Shown: piece by piece, positions 35,500 through 47,415 of the stretch
Layout: each line of letters starts with the position of its first letter
Position numbering within the stretch: the stretch's first letter is position 1
From: Raillietiella orientalis
Lineage: Eukaryota
Direction: 5' to 3'
NCBI GenBank assembly: GCA_036172245.1
Contig: JAYWIR010000017.1
Location: forward strand, 806,001 to 870,000
Length of the DNA: 64,000 nt
The notes under the pieces: model-generated
What the model was told of the DNA's origin: nothing
The model's database searches: none
The model's input: the letters and a program-made list of their open reading frames with translations, nothing else
Position numbers and translations under genes: made by a program

Positions 35500-38400
35500 C
35501 CCGCAAAGCGGGCCAGAGCCAACCGATCCAGGGAAGAAGCGGAGCAGGGATCTCTCTGCTCGTTCTCGCGGCATTCTGGAATGCTCAAAAGAGGAGGGAG
35601 CGTGTTTCGAGGACCACTGGCTTTCTTACGGGGAGCTTTCCTTAGAGTGGAGGGAGCGGTGCTCTCGAATGCCTCCAAGTCAGGGAAGAGGATGGACAGG
35701 GAGAACGGATGAGTGGGATGGGAGTGTCCTCGGGAATCAGGTGGGCTGGAAGGAACGAGACTCCGGCTAGGGCTCTCACCAGCCGAAGCACAGGGTGCGC
35801 GGCGACCCCGCGGCGCGCTCTGCCCAACGGCTTCCCTCTCCCGGGAAGAGAACAAAGCGAGGAGTATCTCGGAAGGAAGGAAACGATCCCTGCTCTGATC
35901 CTTCGGGAGACCTCGGCAGCGGGAGAAACGCCAACTGGAGTGGAAGGGAAGGGCGAAGAAAAAATCGCTTTCCGGCAGCGAAGCACCTCCGGGGTGCCCG
36001 GGGTTGACCTTTTCTGGACGACCCTCAGGGGCGGACTCTCACAGTTCCTACTGAAAGTGGAAGGCGGGAAAAGGTGATGCCTCCGAGGTAATCGGAGGCT
36101 TCCCGCACTTCTGCTGATCTCTGACTAAGTGGAACGGTGCCCGAGGTGGTGCGAGGGAGAAGGGACAGTCAGAGGGAAGCACCAAGAGGGAACCCAGGAG
36201 GATCCTCCGTTCCTGCTGCGTCCCCGCTCCCGTGGCGGCCCTCCCTGAGGCGCTCATGTATCTCGCGGCCGGCGATTTCGGCGCGGCTCCGCATCCACCC
36301 GGAAGGAACGTGGAAACCGCTGCAGGGGAAGACTCTTTTGGGATCCCCCCCAAGTTTCGGGCCCTTAGAGTGAGCCAGAAGGGAGCGCCGCCTAGGATCG
36401 AGGGGCCGCTGTCTCAACCACCTGGGAGCTGACCGCCTGTTGGACCCTGGGGAGGGTGTGAGCGAGACACACCAGGAATACCATGACCCTTTCGCTCCGC
36501 TATCCCGGGGAGGTGGTGAGATGCGACCTGGAAAGAGTAGACCTTCCGGGTTGCATGGCAGAAGCGGGATTCAGAAGGCAGAGTCCTCTGCCGTTTCTGG
36601 GACGACCGCCGAAAAGAGGATCGCCAGTGGGATAGGGCGGACGTCTCAGAAGCGAGCGGGAGAACATTTGTCTCCTGGAGAGAGATCTTTCAGTCCAGGG
36701 GCGTCATCCGGCAGCTTACTCAGCGGCCAGCCGGGGACGCAGGATCTCTTCACTTTTGGCGTGCGACCGAGGCCGGGAAGGGTGGGAAGCAGGCGAACTC
36801 CGAGTGAGAGAGCGCCTCCTGGGAGACGGTCTGGGTTCCCTTTTATTCGATTGCTCCCTGCCTGAAGCTGCAGGTTGGTACGGCGCGTATTCCAGGCAGC
36901 CAGAAAAGTCGAAGGGTCCACTGCAATCTTCCAGGTCAGTCCTGGGTGACCTCAAACACCCCAAGAAGGAATATCCTCCGAGGCGCTTCACTCTGATGGA
37001 CGCTCGTAAGTGCGCTTAGTAGAAACGAGGAGGGGCAGTGAGTGGATGGAGAGGGTCTCTTCGGAAGATCGTGCCGCCGCTCTCCTTCCTCTCCCCTAAA
37101 TCCTGCAGGTACATCCTGCCTCTCCTGGAGGAGGGAGTGTTCCCTGGTAGCTCCTTAGTTCCCTCCGATGGTCCCCTAAGATGCCATTCAGCTTCTTCCT
37201 GCGGCGGGAGCTGCGGAAGGAGCTGGGATGCAGGGATGATGCAGTTCCCCACTCCTCTTCCCAGCAAGAGGGATGCCCTAAACTGGCAGCCTCCGCGGAC
37301 CTTCCCGACACGTGCCCTCGGCCTTAGGTATCAGTCAGCAGCAGGTCTTTTTCTCTTCCAACTGGTGTAGCAGCATCCTAGTGCTGCTACATCATCCTGA
37401 TGGTCCACCGGAGGAAATAGAGTCCCGACTTCAACCGTTTGACCCTCCGGACCTTCGCGAAGGACTAGGAGGTGCGAGGGAAGGGGAGTTGAGGGTGCTC
37501 GGAAAAGGCAGCTGCAGATGGTCGTCTTTCCAGGGGCAGCAAGCGGAGTCTCTCCTCCCTCCTCCCCGCTCTTCTCTCGCGAAGAGGGAGGGAGAACCCC
37601 AGGGGGTTGAAGGGTGCGGCTGGTTCCGGGCTGCTCGTCTCCGGAAGCAGAAGCAACGGCCACCCTGCCCTCCTGTGGCGGGGAAGGGAGGCTGTCGTTG
37701 CTGCTGACCTCTCCAGGCTTCACCCGCAGATCTCCGCCTCCGGCGCACCGCAGCCGGCTTCGCTTCCTTCGGGAAACCACGAGAGAATACTCTCGGATGC
37801 TCTACGTTTCTCTCAAAGCTCCGGACGTTGAGGACGCGACCCGCCGACAAATCTTGCGACGTCACTTGGGTCGGGTCGATCCCGAGGGAGACGCGTCCCT
37901 GGGGATCGCGGAAAGAGGAGAAGGAGGGAGGACAAGAAGAGAGAGCTGGAGGGCAGCAGCATTCCGCGGTCCTTTGCCGTTCTCTCTCCCGCCTCGCGCC
38001 CACAAATCATCCCTTTTTTCTTCCTGGGACACCTGGGACGAGGAGACGAGAGAAGAAGATGGGGACCTGTCCTACCGCAGCAGGCTCGTTCCCAGGGAGC
38101 GGGCACTTGGGAATCCCTGAGCTCCCTCGCGGATCGAGGGAAGGGGAAGGGGGACGCGTGGAGGGAGGGAGCGGGGGAGGAGGGAAGAAGCTCCTCTTCC
38201 CTTCCCCTTCCCTTCCTCCTCGCTGGCCGGGAGCGTTTACCCGAGAAGAGGAGCAGCCAATCTCCCCCGACTCGCTGTGCCCCTTCCATCCCACCCTCCG
38301 ACCCCATTTCTTTCCCCCATTTCCTCTGCGCGTCGAGAGACGCTCTCCCTTCCAGGATTGACGTAGCTGCGGTCGCCCGATCCCCCCGCTCGTCGTAGAG

Positions 38401-39800
38401 CCTGCGGGATTCGCGGTCTCACGCCCTGCCGGAGACGTGAGTGTCCCCTCCCTGGAACCCTGGTTCGCATCCTTCGCGCCGTTCGGCAGGGATTTGGTGC
38501 GCAGCTTCAGGGGAAAATCCTCTTGCACTTTCTCCTCGTATCCGGGCCCTTGGAGTGAACCGGGTGGGACGCTGCCCAGGATTGAGGACTGCTCTTCCGA
38601 CGGGAGGCCCTCTGGTGGGAAGAGAGGGCACGGAAAAGGTTGCGAGATCGCGGCTGAACCGGGAATGGTTCTTTCTGCTGCAGGGAGCCTCCCTTTTCCG
38701 GATGGAGTTCACTAGCACCGGGACACCTCCCGCTCTACCCGTCCCTTCTCAGAGGTGTTCCACTCCGCCTCGGCGGCAGCATCCCGGCTTTCGGAGCAAC
38801 GTGTTCGTCTTTACGGAGAGACGCAGCGGGAGGTCTCAGCCGTCCAAAAGGCGGAGTCTCTTCTGGGACGCCCCGGGCAGCAGACGTCTTAGCTGCGACC
38901 TTCTCCCTTTCCGTTCTTGCGAAATCCTACGGTCCCTGGGAACAGTTGCCGTCACGCGCATCTCATAGGAGGAAAAGGAAAAGAAAGAAGAGGTAGGGAA
39001 CCCTCGGATATGCACGAAGGATCCCTAGATGCCGGAGTACTCCCCTGGAGATCCGGCGGGAAGCTCCCGAAAGCACTCGCTTTCCGGACTGCTCCTCCTT
39101 TCCGTAGGTCCGGTTCACCTGCGTAGCCAGTACATTCTTCGTCCCGCCTTCCTGCCTCAAACATCTGGGAGCTGCCTGGCCGTCGGTGCCCTGCAGGGGC
39201 AGGAGAGATGCCCCAGGAGGACCTCCACCCACTCCTTCCCCGCTCTCCCAGGAAGGGCTCTGCCTGTCGCTGCACCAGACGCTCTCTGGGACCGGAGGCG
39301 GTGCGGTGGTAAAGCGGGTCGTGGGGATTGCGTTCTGCGCGCCTTTACGCTGGGACCTCGACGCTTGTCCCACAGGCAGGACTCGACCAAGACCTTCCGC
39401 AGGATCGTCTTCCGGGACGAGCGCCGCAGAGGGCGGAGCGCGGGCCCAATCCCAGCACCTCTCCGCCTCCGCAGTCTCCCGGAGGCGTGGCTTCGGAAGG
39501 AAAGGCGGGGCAGGAGGAGCGAGGGAAGGGACTGGTTCTCTGGCTCGGTGTGCGTTGGTTGCCGCGAGACCCCCACCCTCGGAAAAGCAACCCCGGGAGA
39601 CAAAGGCTTCCTTTCCTCCTCTTTCAACACCCCTTTTCCGTGGATACGACTGGCTGCTCCCTCCCTACTCCTTGTCGGGATACCTACCGAGCTCCTGGCA
39701 CTCCTTCGCCCTGTTCACCCTTCTCAGGCCCAAGAGACTCCCTGGAGTCATGCACGTGTCTTCCTTCGCTCTGTTAACACCAAACGTTTCGCCCTCACGG
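35500..39800 (+). mobile_element. Ty3/gypsy gag(?)-pro-pol fossil, GC-rich
   Basis: LLDPGEGVS (protease, 36435), GIGRT, LLEEGVFP..LVPSDGPLRC, PLPSKRDAL..LGLRYQ, ELRVLG, EEKEG..TNHP, GNP*APSR, RDLVRSF..PGPW, FRSNVFVF, GKATPGDKGF in order; gag part weak. Confidence 0.6.
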
Positions 39801-41053
39801 CCATCCCCGTAACTCACTGTAGAGAAGGACAGCGGATCTGGGACTCCTCGAGTGCCCCAGGGCCGACGCTCAATTTCTGGAAGAGCATTTACCCTTCTTC
39901 TCGAAAGGGAGCGACGTTCCCGCTGCTGAAAAGCAGCATTGGTCTGCGCGCTGGACCGGGTACTCCGGGAACGCGGGGAAATTCCCCGGCTCCCCTTCCT
40001 CTTCCGTCCCCTTTCCATGTGGGACGTGGGGAAGTCCATGTCCGGAGCTCCTGGATGAGCGGAATGGCGAAGAGTCTTCCGGGCGCCTCTCCCGCAGAGG
40101 TAAGTGGGGTCTCGGAGTTTCCGCGTGGGACGGCGAGGGGTGGATCGCCGTCGAACTCGGCGGGTGGAGATCGTCTCCAGAGGGTCTCTTTCCTTTCATT
40201 GCTGAAGACCTGGCCTTTGCGGCTTGCTCGGCAACCCACTCTCTTCTCCCAGAAGGCCGAATGGAAGGGCTGGGAGCGATCGGGGACTTTAGAGTTTCTT
40301 TCCATCGGGAGAGGGAGAGCGCTACCTTGCGGACCCTTCGAGACTCCCAGGACAATCACTATCCCTCAGAGGGTATGTCCTAGATCTCCGTTGTCTCTTA
40401 GGACCCCCCTGCTCTCTCCCAAAAGATTTCACAAGGGAAGAAGAACAAGATGATCACGGAACACCAAATACAGAGTCATCTCCCTTTCTCCTCCTCCACT
40501 CCGCGGAAAAAAACGGTGCTCTACTCCTGGAGGAATGAGCGAGGGGAGGGGGGGAAGAAGATTCTCAAAGAAGCTGCGCTCGGAGCCCCCTCCCTGAAAT
40601 ACGCGAGAAGGGGGGCGAAAGAGAGGGAGAGAGACCATTTGAGGGAAGCCACCAGAACCTGCAGGAGCTGGGACGTCAAGGAGTCGGGACGGTGACAAGG
40701 AGATAAGGAAGGGAGTGCTTTCCTTCCTGGGAGTTAAGGGAAGCGGTCAGGAAGAAAGCAGGAAGACGCCGGGATGTGCGTCCGAGAGACGAGCGTGTGC
40801 AACGCATGCATTCCCCATTTTCTCTCTACCCCTTCACCCTTCATTCCCGTCGCCCCAGCGACTCACCCAAGTGGCTCCGGGCACGCATCCTAGCTCCGCC
40901 TCATCCCATCCGCTTTCTCGGGTCCCGCGAGAGCGGCCGCTTCCATCTTTTCCGTCGCGGCGGGAGCGGAACTTCCCTTCTCGTGGGCGAGCTCCGGGAA
41001 GGCCGCCGCCGCCGGCCGGGCAGCCTCACGCGTGCGCAGGAGGTCCCATCTGA

Positions 41054-41077
41054 GACTTCCCGGACGTCCGGGAAGTC
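41054..41077. repeat. Perfect 24-bp palindrome
   Basis: GACTTCCCGGAC|GTCCGGGAAGTC. Confidence 0.95.
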
Positions 41078-41154
41078 CGGGGGAAGAAGATTCGCACAGA
41101 AGCTGCGCCTTCGTCCGGCAAGTCCCATCCGCGACTTCCCGGACGAGAGAGGGG

Positions 41155-41420
41155 ATGGTTAGGAGAACGAGAATGGAAAGCAAATGGAGAGGAGGAAGAG
41201 AGGAAAAAGAGTAAGGAAGGAAGGAAACAGGAGGAGAAAGAGGGGAAAGAGAGTCAGGGAAAAGGAGAGAAGAAAGACGAAGCGAGAGGGGAAAAAGAGA
41301 AAAAAGTGTAAGGGAGGAATGGAAGAAGATGAGGAAAAGAGATAGTAGAGGAAGAGAAGAGGAAAAAGAGAAGAAAAAGAGTAAGTGAGGAAAAGAGGAA
41401 GAGGGAGAGAGGAAGCGACG
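41155..41420. repeat. Polypurine (GA-rich) low-complexity tract
   Basis: About 260 bp almost entirely G/A on the + strand. Confidence 0.9.
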
Positions 41421-41949
41421 AGGGACGCACGAGTGGGCAGCCAAGATTCTCTGGCGCAAGGGATTGGAGAACACCTCTCCCCTCACCTGTGGAAGCATCC
41501 CTATTCCTACCCTTCGGCAAGCGGTTCACCCCACTCTCTTTTCCCCTTTCCATCTTCCTTTCCTTCCCGGGCGAGCGCTCCCGTCCTCCTTGGCTGCCTT
41601 CCCGGGACTCGGCCCCGTTTTTCCTCCTCATCGATCCCCCTCGGCCTGGAAGGGCAAACTACGTAGGGGGAGCAGGGACGGCTATCCGCGACTGCGGCGT
41701 CCCCTGGTTCCAGGAAGGAAGGGGGGCTGTCAGACAGAGGAGCGCAAAGGGTTCTTTCAGAGGGAATGCTAAACTGGTGCTCCTCTCTCTTCGCTGCTCC
41801 CTCGCCTCCGTTCCTCATCAGCACCCTTGCTCTTGTCATCAAGGCGACGAGGAAGTTCCGAGAGAGGGACTGCGGCCTCGAGGAGACATCAGCCGAAAAG
41901 AAAGGGGTCTCTCCTCTTTCTCGTCCGGGTCTTCCTGCTTCCGGACTCG

Positions 41950-44900
41950 CCTAGAATGCCTCTCGCAGCGGCTGCATCGCTGGATACTCTCCACTCCCCC
42001 TCTGGGATGAGGGACTCGGACAGGCTGGAGGACATTGCTCGGGAAGGTCAGCTGAAGGTGAAAGAGCCGAAGAATCCAACATTGGGTGCTTCTCTGTCCT
42101 TTTCACTCTTGATCGAGCTCCTCTTCTGGAAATCTGTTCTTCTCCTTCGGCGGGAAGGGAGAGCGGGGAACTGCCATCCCTCCTCGGGAGACGGCGCCTC
42201 AGTCAAGGGTGCCTCTCTAACGAAGGGTAGCCGTGGATACCTGAAGAGCCTCCGCCTCCCTTGGGGCATCTCTCTTTGCTGCAGAAAGTGGGTCGCTCGC
42301 TCTCCGAGTCCTCGGAACCAGAGAATCCTCCACTGGATTCAGGTGCTGGCAGCCATCTCGACCACGAACCCCGTGAGCATCAGCGCGGTCAGAGCAAAGC
42401 TCGCACACTGTTTTCGCTCTCGGGCAAAAGCAGAGCAGCCCCAAATGCACGTCCATCTTGGGAAGACTCCAGCACACGAGAGAATGATGGAATGCAGGAT
42501 TGTTGGAGTATCACCTCTTCCTCCTACAGAGAGGGCGTCGCTGCCCTGCCTCCCTGCGAAGGGTAAGGAGGGTTTTCAAGTTATGTGTTCCCCTTGTGGT
42601 GCTGTCTTCCCGGGGCTTCTTCCTGCTTCCCGAGCTGTGGAGCGGCGAGCACCGGGAGACCTCATGGGAAGCAGTGAGAGGGCCCGCCGCCGAGATACCT
42701 CGGAAGAGAGAGAGAGAGAGAGAGATCCGCCGGCCCTTCACCTCCTCCTCGTGCGCGCACTTTGTGAAGGAAGAAATGGGTTTGAGAGCACCAGCTCTCC
42801 CCCGGAAGTGGAGATCCTCTGCTGGTCGGGAATAGACCACATGGGGTCTCCGTCGCAGCGCACCGAGTGTGCGCCTACCCGGTTCACAGGGGTCGATGAA
42901 AGTGCCGCAGTCTCGGAGAAGGATGGGAAGTTCCTCTGTCCCACCTTCTCGCTTGTCTGCCCCGCTCGAGTGTCCATGCCAGTTTTCGGGATCATCAGTT
43001 TTCGGAAGAGCCAGGAGATCGGCAGAGTGGCTTCTGAGAAAATTCCTCAGGGTTTCCGCACGGGGACGACTGCGAGGAGATTGGAGGGAAGTCTCCAGGA
43101 GGATGTGCGTCCAGGGTCTCCAAGATAGGGAAGAAGCAGGGGTCGCGCGGCGAACGGGAGGAAGAAGCATCCCTGCGGGTTGCGCAGGCAGAGGAAGATC
43201 CAGGGAGAGGAGCCCTGATCAGGAGAGAGTGGCCTCTCAGAGACCGGTGAGGACCGCCACCACTGGCACGCGCGAGCGCGGGAGTGGAGAAGGAGTGGCC
43301 TGCACCTTGAAGATGACTTTGGAATTGCGCTGAAGAACCCCCCAAAGGAAAAAGTTGCACCCCAACCCTTGTTCTGAAGGGATGTGGACACCCTTCCCTA
43401 ACGAAATCCCGAGTTTCCAAAACACTGAAGTAGCATGCGGACCCTGGGAAGGGCATGCGAAGGATCTCCCGTTCTTTCTCGGAACGCAATTTCTCCGGCC
43501 AAAACATCCTATCTGGAATCTGAAGATGCTGAAGAGTCCTGAAGACCATCCTTCTCGTCCACTAGGCTATGGAAGAGATTCCTGTGGACATCCTCCTTTT
43601 CTAGTTCTGGAACTTTTCATCAGACTGCTATTAGCCCAGCTGACAGCTCTGCTACTACACTGCCACGCGCTAAGAGTCAAAGGAGGAGAATAGGAAGTAG
43701 CCCAGATTTCTCTGTTGGCTTTCCTTCTCCCATCGTCAGGGAAACCAGCTGATTGCATGAAATTCTCTGGTCAGCTCTCTGGTGAGACACCGGGTGCCGG
43801 CGGTGGTCTGTCCCTCGCGTGGTGGGGTGTTTGAGAAGATTCCAGCATGCTTACTCCCGATGCCCTCTGCTATGAGTGTCCCTGCCAACATCAGCGTAAG
43901 CTTAGGAGAGTCAGCTCCTTCATCTCTTCTGAGAATTACGAAAAAATGGAAGAAAGGGCGATCTTCTCTGTGAAACCGGGAAGCAGAGGGGAATACTCGG
44001 GAAAGGAGAAGGTCGAACGAGGATCCCAGGAAGGGAAGTAGTCGCGAGACATTCTGCTAGTGCCCATGGCCCGATCTATCCTGGAACTTGGACAGAGGGC
44101 TGCTCATGAATGCGGCACACTGGAAACGATCGGTCGACAAACCAGAGATTCTGGTCTGCAGAACCCCGTATCTCTAGGCAACACGAGTCTTTGGACCCGA
44201 GAGTCATCTGGAGCACTCGGAAAGATTGGCAACGCTTCTCAACGAGTCTCGGCAGCCGGAGACGGGAGAAACCGAAACCTGGAGAGGGCTACCACAAGGG
44301 ACTCTCACGAGAGCATTCTTTCCCCTGCAGTGATCGGAGAGAGCTCTTCTCCTCCCGCAGGCAGAGTGAGAAAGGAAGACATCCGCCCCTTAGGTGGACG
44401 CTGAAGGCTCCGGGAAACCCCTTGGGAGTCCAAGTAGGGAGAGAAAGGGTCTAGAGTACATCTGAACCTGACGCTGTCCCGACAGAGGAAAAGAGAGGAA
44501 GAGAGATGAGAGAGAGTCCATCTCCAAGTGAAGCGTCTTGCTTCCAGAGGCATTCTGTACGACTGGGGGTATAGCAGTCACTTGGGAGTGGCATGATCGG
44601 CTCCAACAAAATCAGACTCGGCCTCAGAAGTCCGGCTCCTCTGCTGCCACCTCCCTAGAGCACCAGATCTCTCTTGGAATCAATTCCTGAACCACTAACA
44701 GGACTCCTTCATACGATTTTCCTGAAGAGGGACTTTCGGGACTGCGGCGGGTGTCACCTCGAACTGGTGAGCGAAGTCTACGATCGACTCGAAGATGGTC
44801 GACTGCGAACGTCACATAAGCCGTTGAAGAATCAATGCAGACCACGAGTGACCGGAGCACGCTATGAATCGCAGTCAATCCTCAAACCATCAGAGGAAAG

Positions 44901-45100
44901 GAGTTAAGGCAGAGATATTTCAGACCTCCCTGACGCTGACGGACTCAGCTTCCTCTGCAGGTAACATGCTCTCCAGAGGATTCCTCGCCTTCGTCTCCGA
45001 ACCTGATAGCCGGAAGTGTTTATAATGCACCACACTTGGGTCGAGCTGGAGAGATAGCTGCATTGCTTCTTCACCTTCCGTCCCTTCTTTTTCCGGGAGG
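41950..45100 (-). mobile_element. Ty3/gypsy gag-pro-pol fossil
   Basis: Degenerate knuckle (about 44580-44620), DTG (44164-44172), LVDEKDG (43550), GSACYFSVLE, FRTRVG..FPLG, NPQGCFF..PYLG, ETLRNFL, VVYSR, SDALS (42530), APL..PEEGWQ (42190). Confidence 0.7.
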
Positions 45101-46394
45101 AGGAAAGTTTTGAGCCTGACACTGGTCGGTATTTCCGTCAAAGGATCCTAGGTGACCGAGAATGCTTTCTTCATGTGAATTTGAGCTCACCGTCCAAAAT
45201 GGGGTCCATGAGCTAGGAGGTGGGCAGCTGGAGAAGCGAGTCCATATTCTAGGCAGATCAAATCCCAAACCCCCCATCATCAAATCTCCCTGTGCTCGTC
45301 CTAAATTTCTCCGATCTCGAAGCCTGTCAGGGAGTTCCAGGCACCTCAGCGGAGCACGGATTCCTCCTCGTTCCAGGGAGGAAGGGGAGAAATCGCAATC
45401 CCTATCACCTACCAAGACGACCTTTCTTTTTAGGAGCAGTTCCCAGGGCACCCTCGGGATACGGAAGCTATGTTTACTCGCAAGTCAGAGCGTAGTCCGA
45501 GGACCCGGAACTGATCGTCGTGAGAGCTTCTTCCTGAGCCCTAGGGTGTCTTCACTCGTCTTCCATTCCGTCTGGAAGCGGCTGTCGGAGAGGCGTTTCC
45601 ATGCAGAGAGCGGCCTCCATCTGCCGAATCTCGGCGGCAGCCATTTAGAGAGGCTCCCCAGCGGGAAGATTCCTCTACCGTTCCTAGCCAACAGCAAGGA
45701 TTTATTCGATCCAGAGAAGCTTCCCTCTTCTGACTTTCTGATCCTTTTTCCTGACCTTCCTGGCTCCCAGTCTCTAACCCAAAAGAGGTAGCCACTCTAG
45801 ACGGAAGTAAGCAGAGCATCATCTGACGTTTATCCTGCGGTTGATCTTGTCGGCGCCCCATGAAACGAGAAAGGCGAAGGAGGCGGTTCCTGCTGTTCTT
45901 GGGCTCGTTTCCTTCTTTACTCCAACGACGTCGTCGGTTCCTCCCTCAGCCTGCGGTCCTGGAGCAGGGATCCAGTATTTCTTCTATCCCCGTTAAAGTA
46001 GAAGAGTGGAGCCGCTTCTCGTGGCGAAAAACTTCCTTAAGCATTGGTTCCTGCACGAAAGTTGGTGGGTGATAGAAGAACGGGATGGGTACCAACCATC
46101 TCATTAAGGATGCTTGGCGGGGGGAGGCAGAAGACGAAACCTATTCCTAGACATTTCACTTTTGAGATGTCCGTTTGCCTAGCAAGGGCACTCAGCAACA
46201 CTCTTTGCAAGAAGCATGCCGTGTGCCAGTGCGGCGAAGGAAGCTGCGAGGCGCACTGTCGTCGTGTGGTCCTGCGCGGCGCGACTCATCGATGGCGATA
46301 TCCGCTCGCGTCGTTCCGGAGGAAGCGGGGAATGGGCTGCGAGAAAGACGAGAAAAGAAACAAGTCCCACGATCTCAAGGACGCCGATAGCTGA

Positions 46395-47415
46395 GGAGGG
46401 CGTTTCCTAATTTCCCTGAAGGGCACTTCCCCGAAAGGATAGGTACGCGATGGAACCCCCCCTCCCCACAGAGGAGGGATGAGGGCTCCGTTTTCACAAC
46501 CGGAGGGGAACTCCGAAGGAAACCAGTTCCTTGGTTCCTGGAAGGATAGCGGAGGGTCGACTTCCGATCCCGGCCAATCAACGGGTTATCCGGTTCCCAC
46601 CAGTGCCTCACCTGCACATTTTCTCGTCCAGAAAGCCACCGGCAGCGTGAGGCGTGCCACTGATATTCCAGAGGAAGACCTGTAGTGGCCCCTGGTGCTT
46701 ATGAACACCCGCACCCTCCCCTTGAAGTGGCAAGAGTCGACATTGATGTTGCTGCACTGGGGCCTTCCGTGCACCGCCCACCGGCATCTGTGGACACGGG
46801 TGTGTGTGAACCCAAACTGTGGAATGTGCGGGGAGCGGAATCCTTCCCAAACCTCCTAATGGATTGTGTTGCTTCCGAACCCTTTTGGGGACGCTTTGCC
46901 GCGACCCTTGGAACTCCCGGCAGCAACGCCAGAGACGTTGTAAAGCACCTCTTCTGCGCGACGCCCCCATCCTTATAAGGATGCCGACAAGGACTGTATG
47001 CAGAGGACTCCATCCAGCATACAGTGATCCTTTCCCGAATCCCCCTCCCCCCATGTTTTGACTGCATTTTTGTTTTTTTCTTTTTGTTTGTCTTCTCTTT
47101 CCATGTGTTGCGGAAATGGACCCTGCCGGTCTGCGTGCCAGATCCCGGAAGGTTCCTTTTCGCATTCATAAGTAACGTGGCAGGTTCAAACATCCTGCCA
47201 CAGACATGTAGGTTTACAAATAAACGACCCGGCATGACCGGGCGTCAACCAGTGCCGCATCTGAAGCCTACGGGTCAAACAACGTCATCTTGCGGGGAAA
47301 GATCGAAACTCACGACGCACCCATTTCTTGGAGTCGATCCTTCCCCGTATAGGATTCGAACCTGCAACGGTTGGCACCACGTGCGAAGGCTTCGGCATCA
47401 GCATGGTCGCCCCCG
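46395..47415 (-). mobile_element. tRNA-headed SINE-like repeat, copy C (3'-truncated, interrupted by the LINE at 46608-47247)
   Basis: B-box at 47352-47362 (minus); removing the LINE and one TSD restores sequence matching copy B 30760-30920; ends approximate. Confidence 0.8.
46608..47247 (+). mobile_element. Short 3' fragment of the same or a related L1/Tx1-type LINE
   Basis: LKWQE...NPNCGMCG..ESFPNLLMDCV..FW is homologous to 32900-33140; 3' UTR (GGTCTGC..GGTTC..AATAAACG..GGCAT.ACCG) is shared with 33520-33650; 9-bp TSD ACCAGTGCC at 46599-46607 and 47248-47256. Confidence 0.85.

Noticed and set aside
39029..43128. 474-aa and 433-aa plus-strand ORFs
   Set aside because: Stop-poor GC-rich DNA overlapping gypsy fossils; low-complexity R/G/S/P composition.
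45845..45865. Primer-binding-site-like CA-TGGGGCGCC on minus
   Set aside because: Falls within integrase-like remnant (GADKINRRI); no matching LTR pair found.
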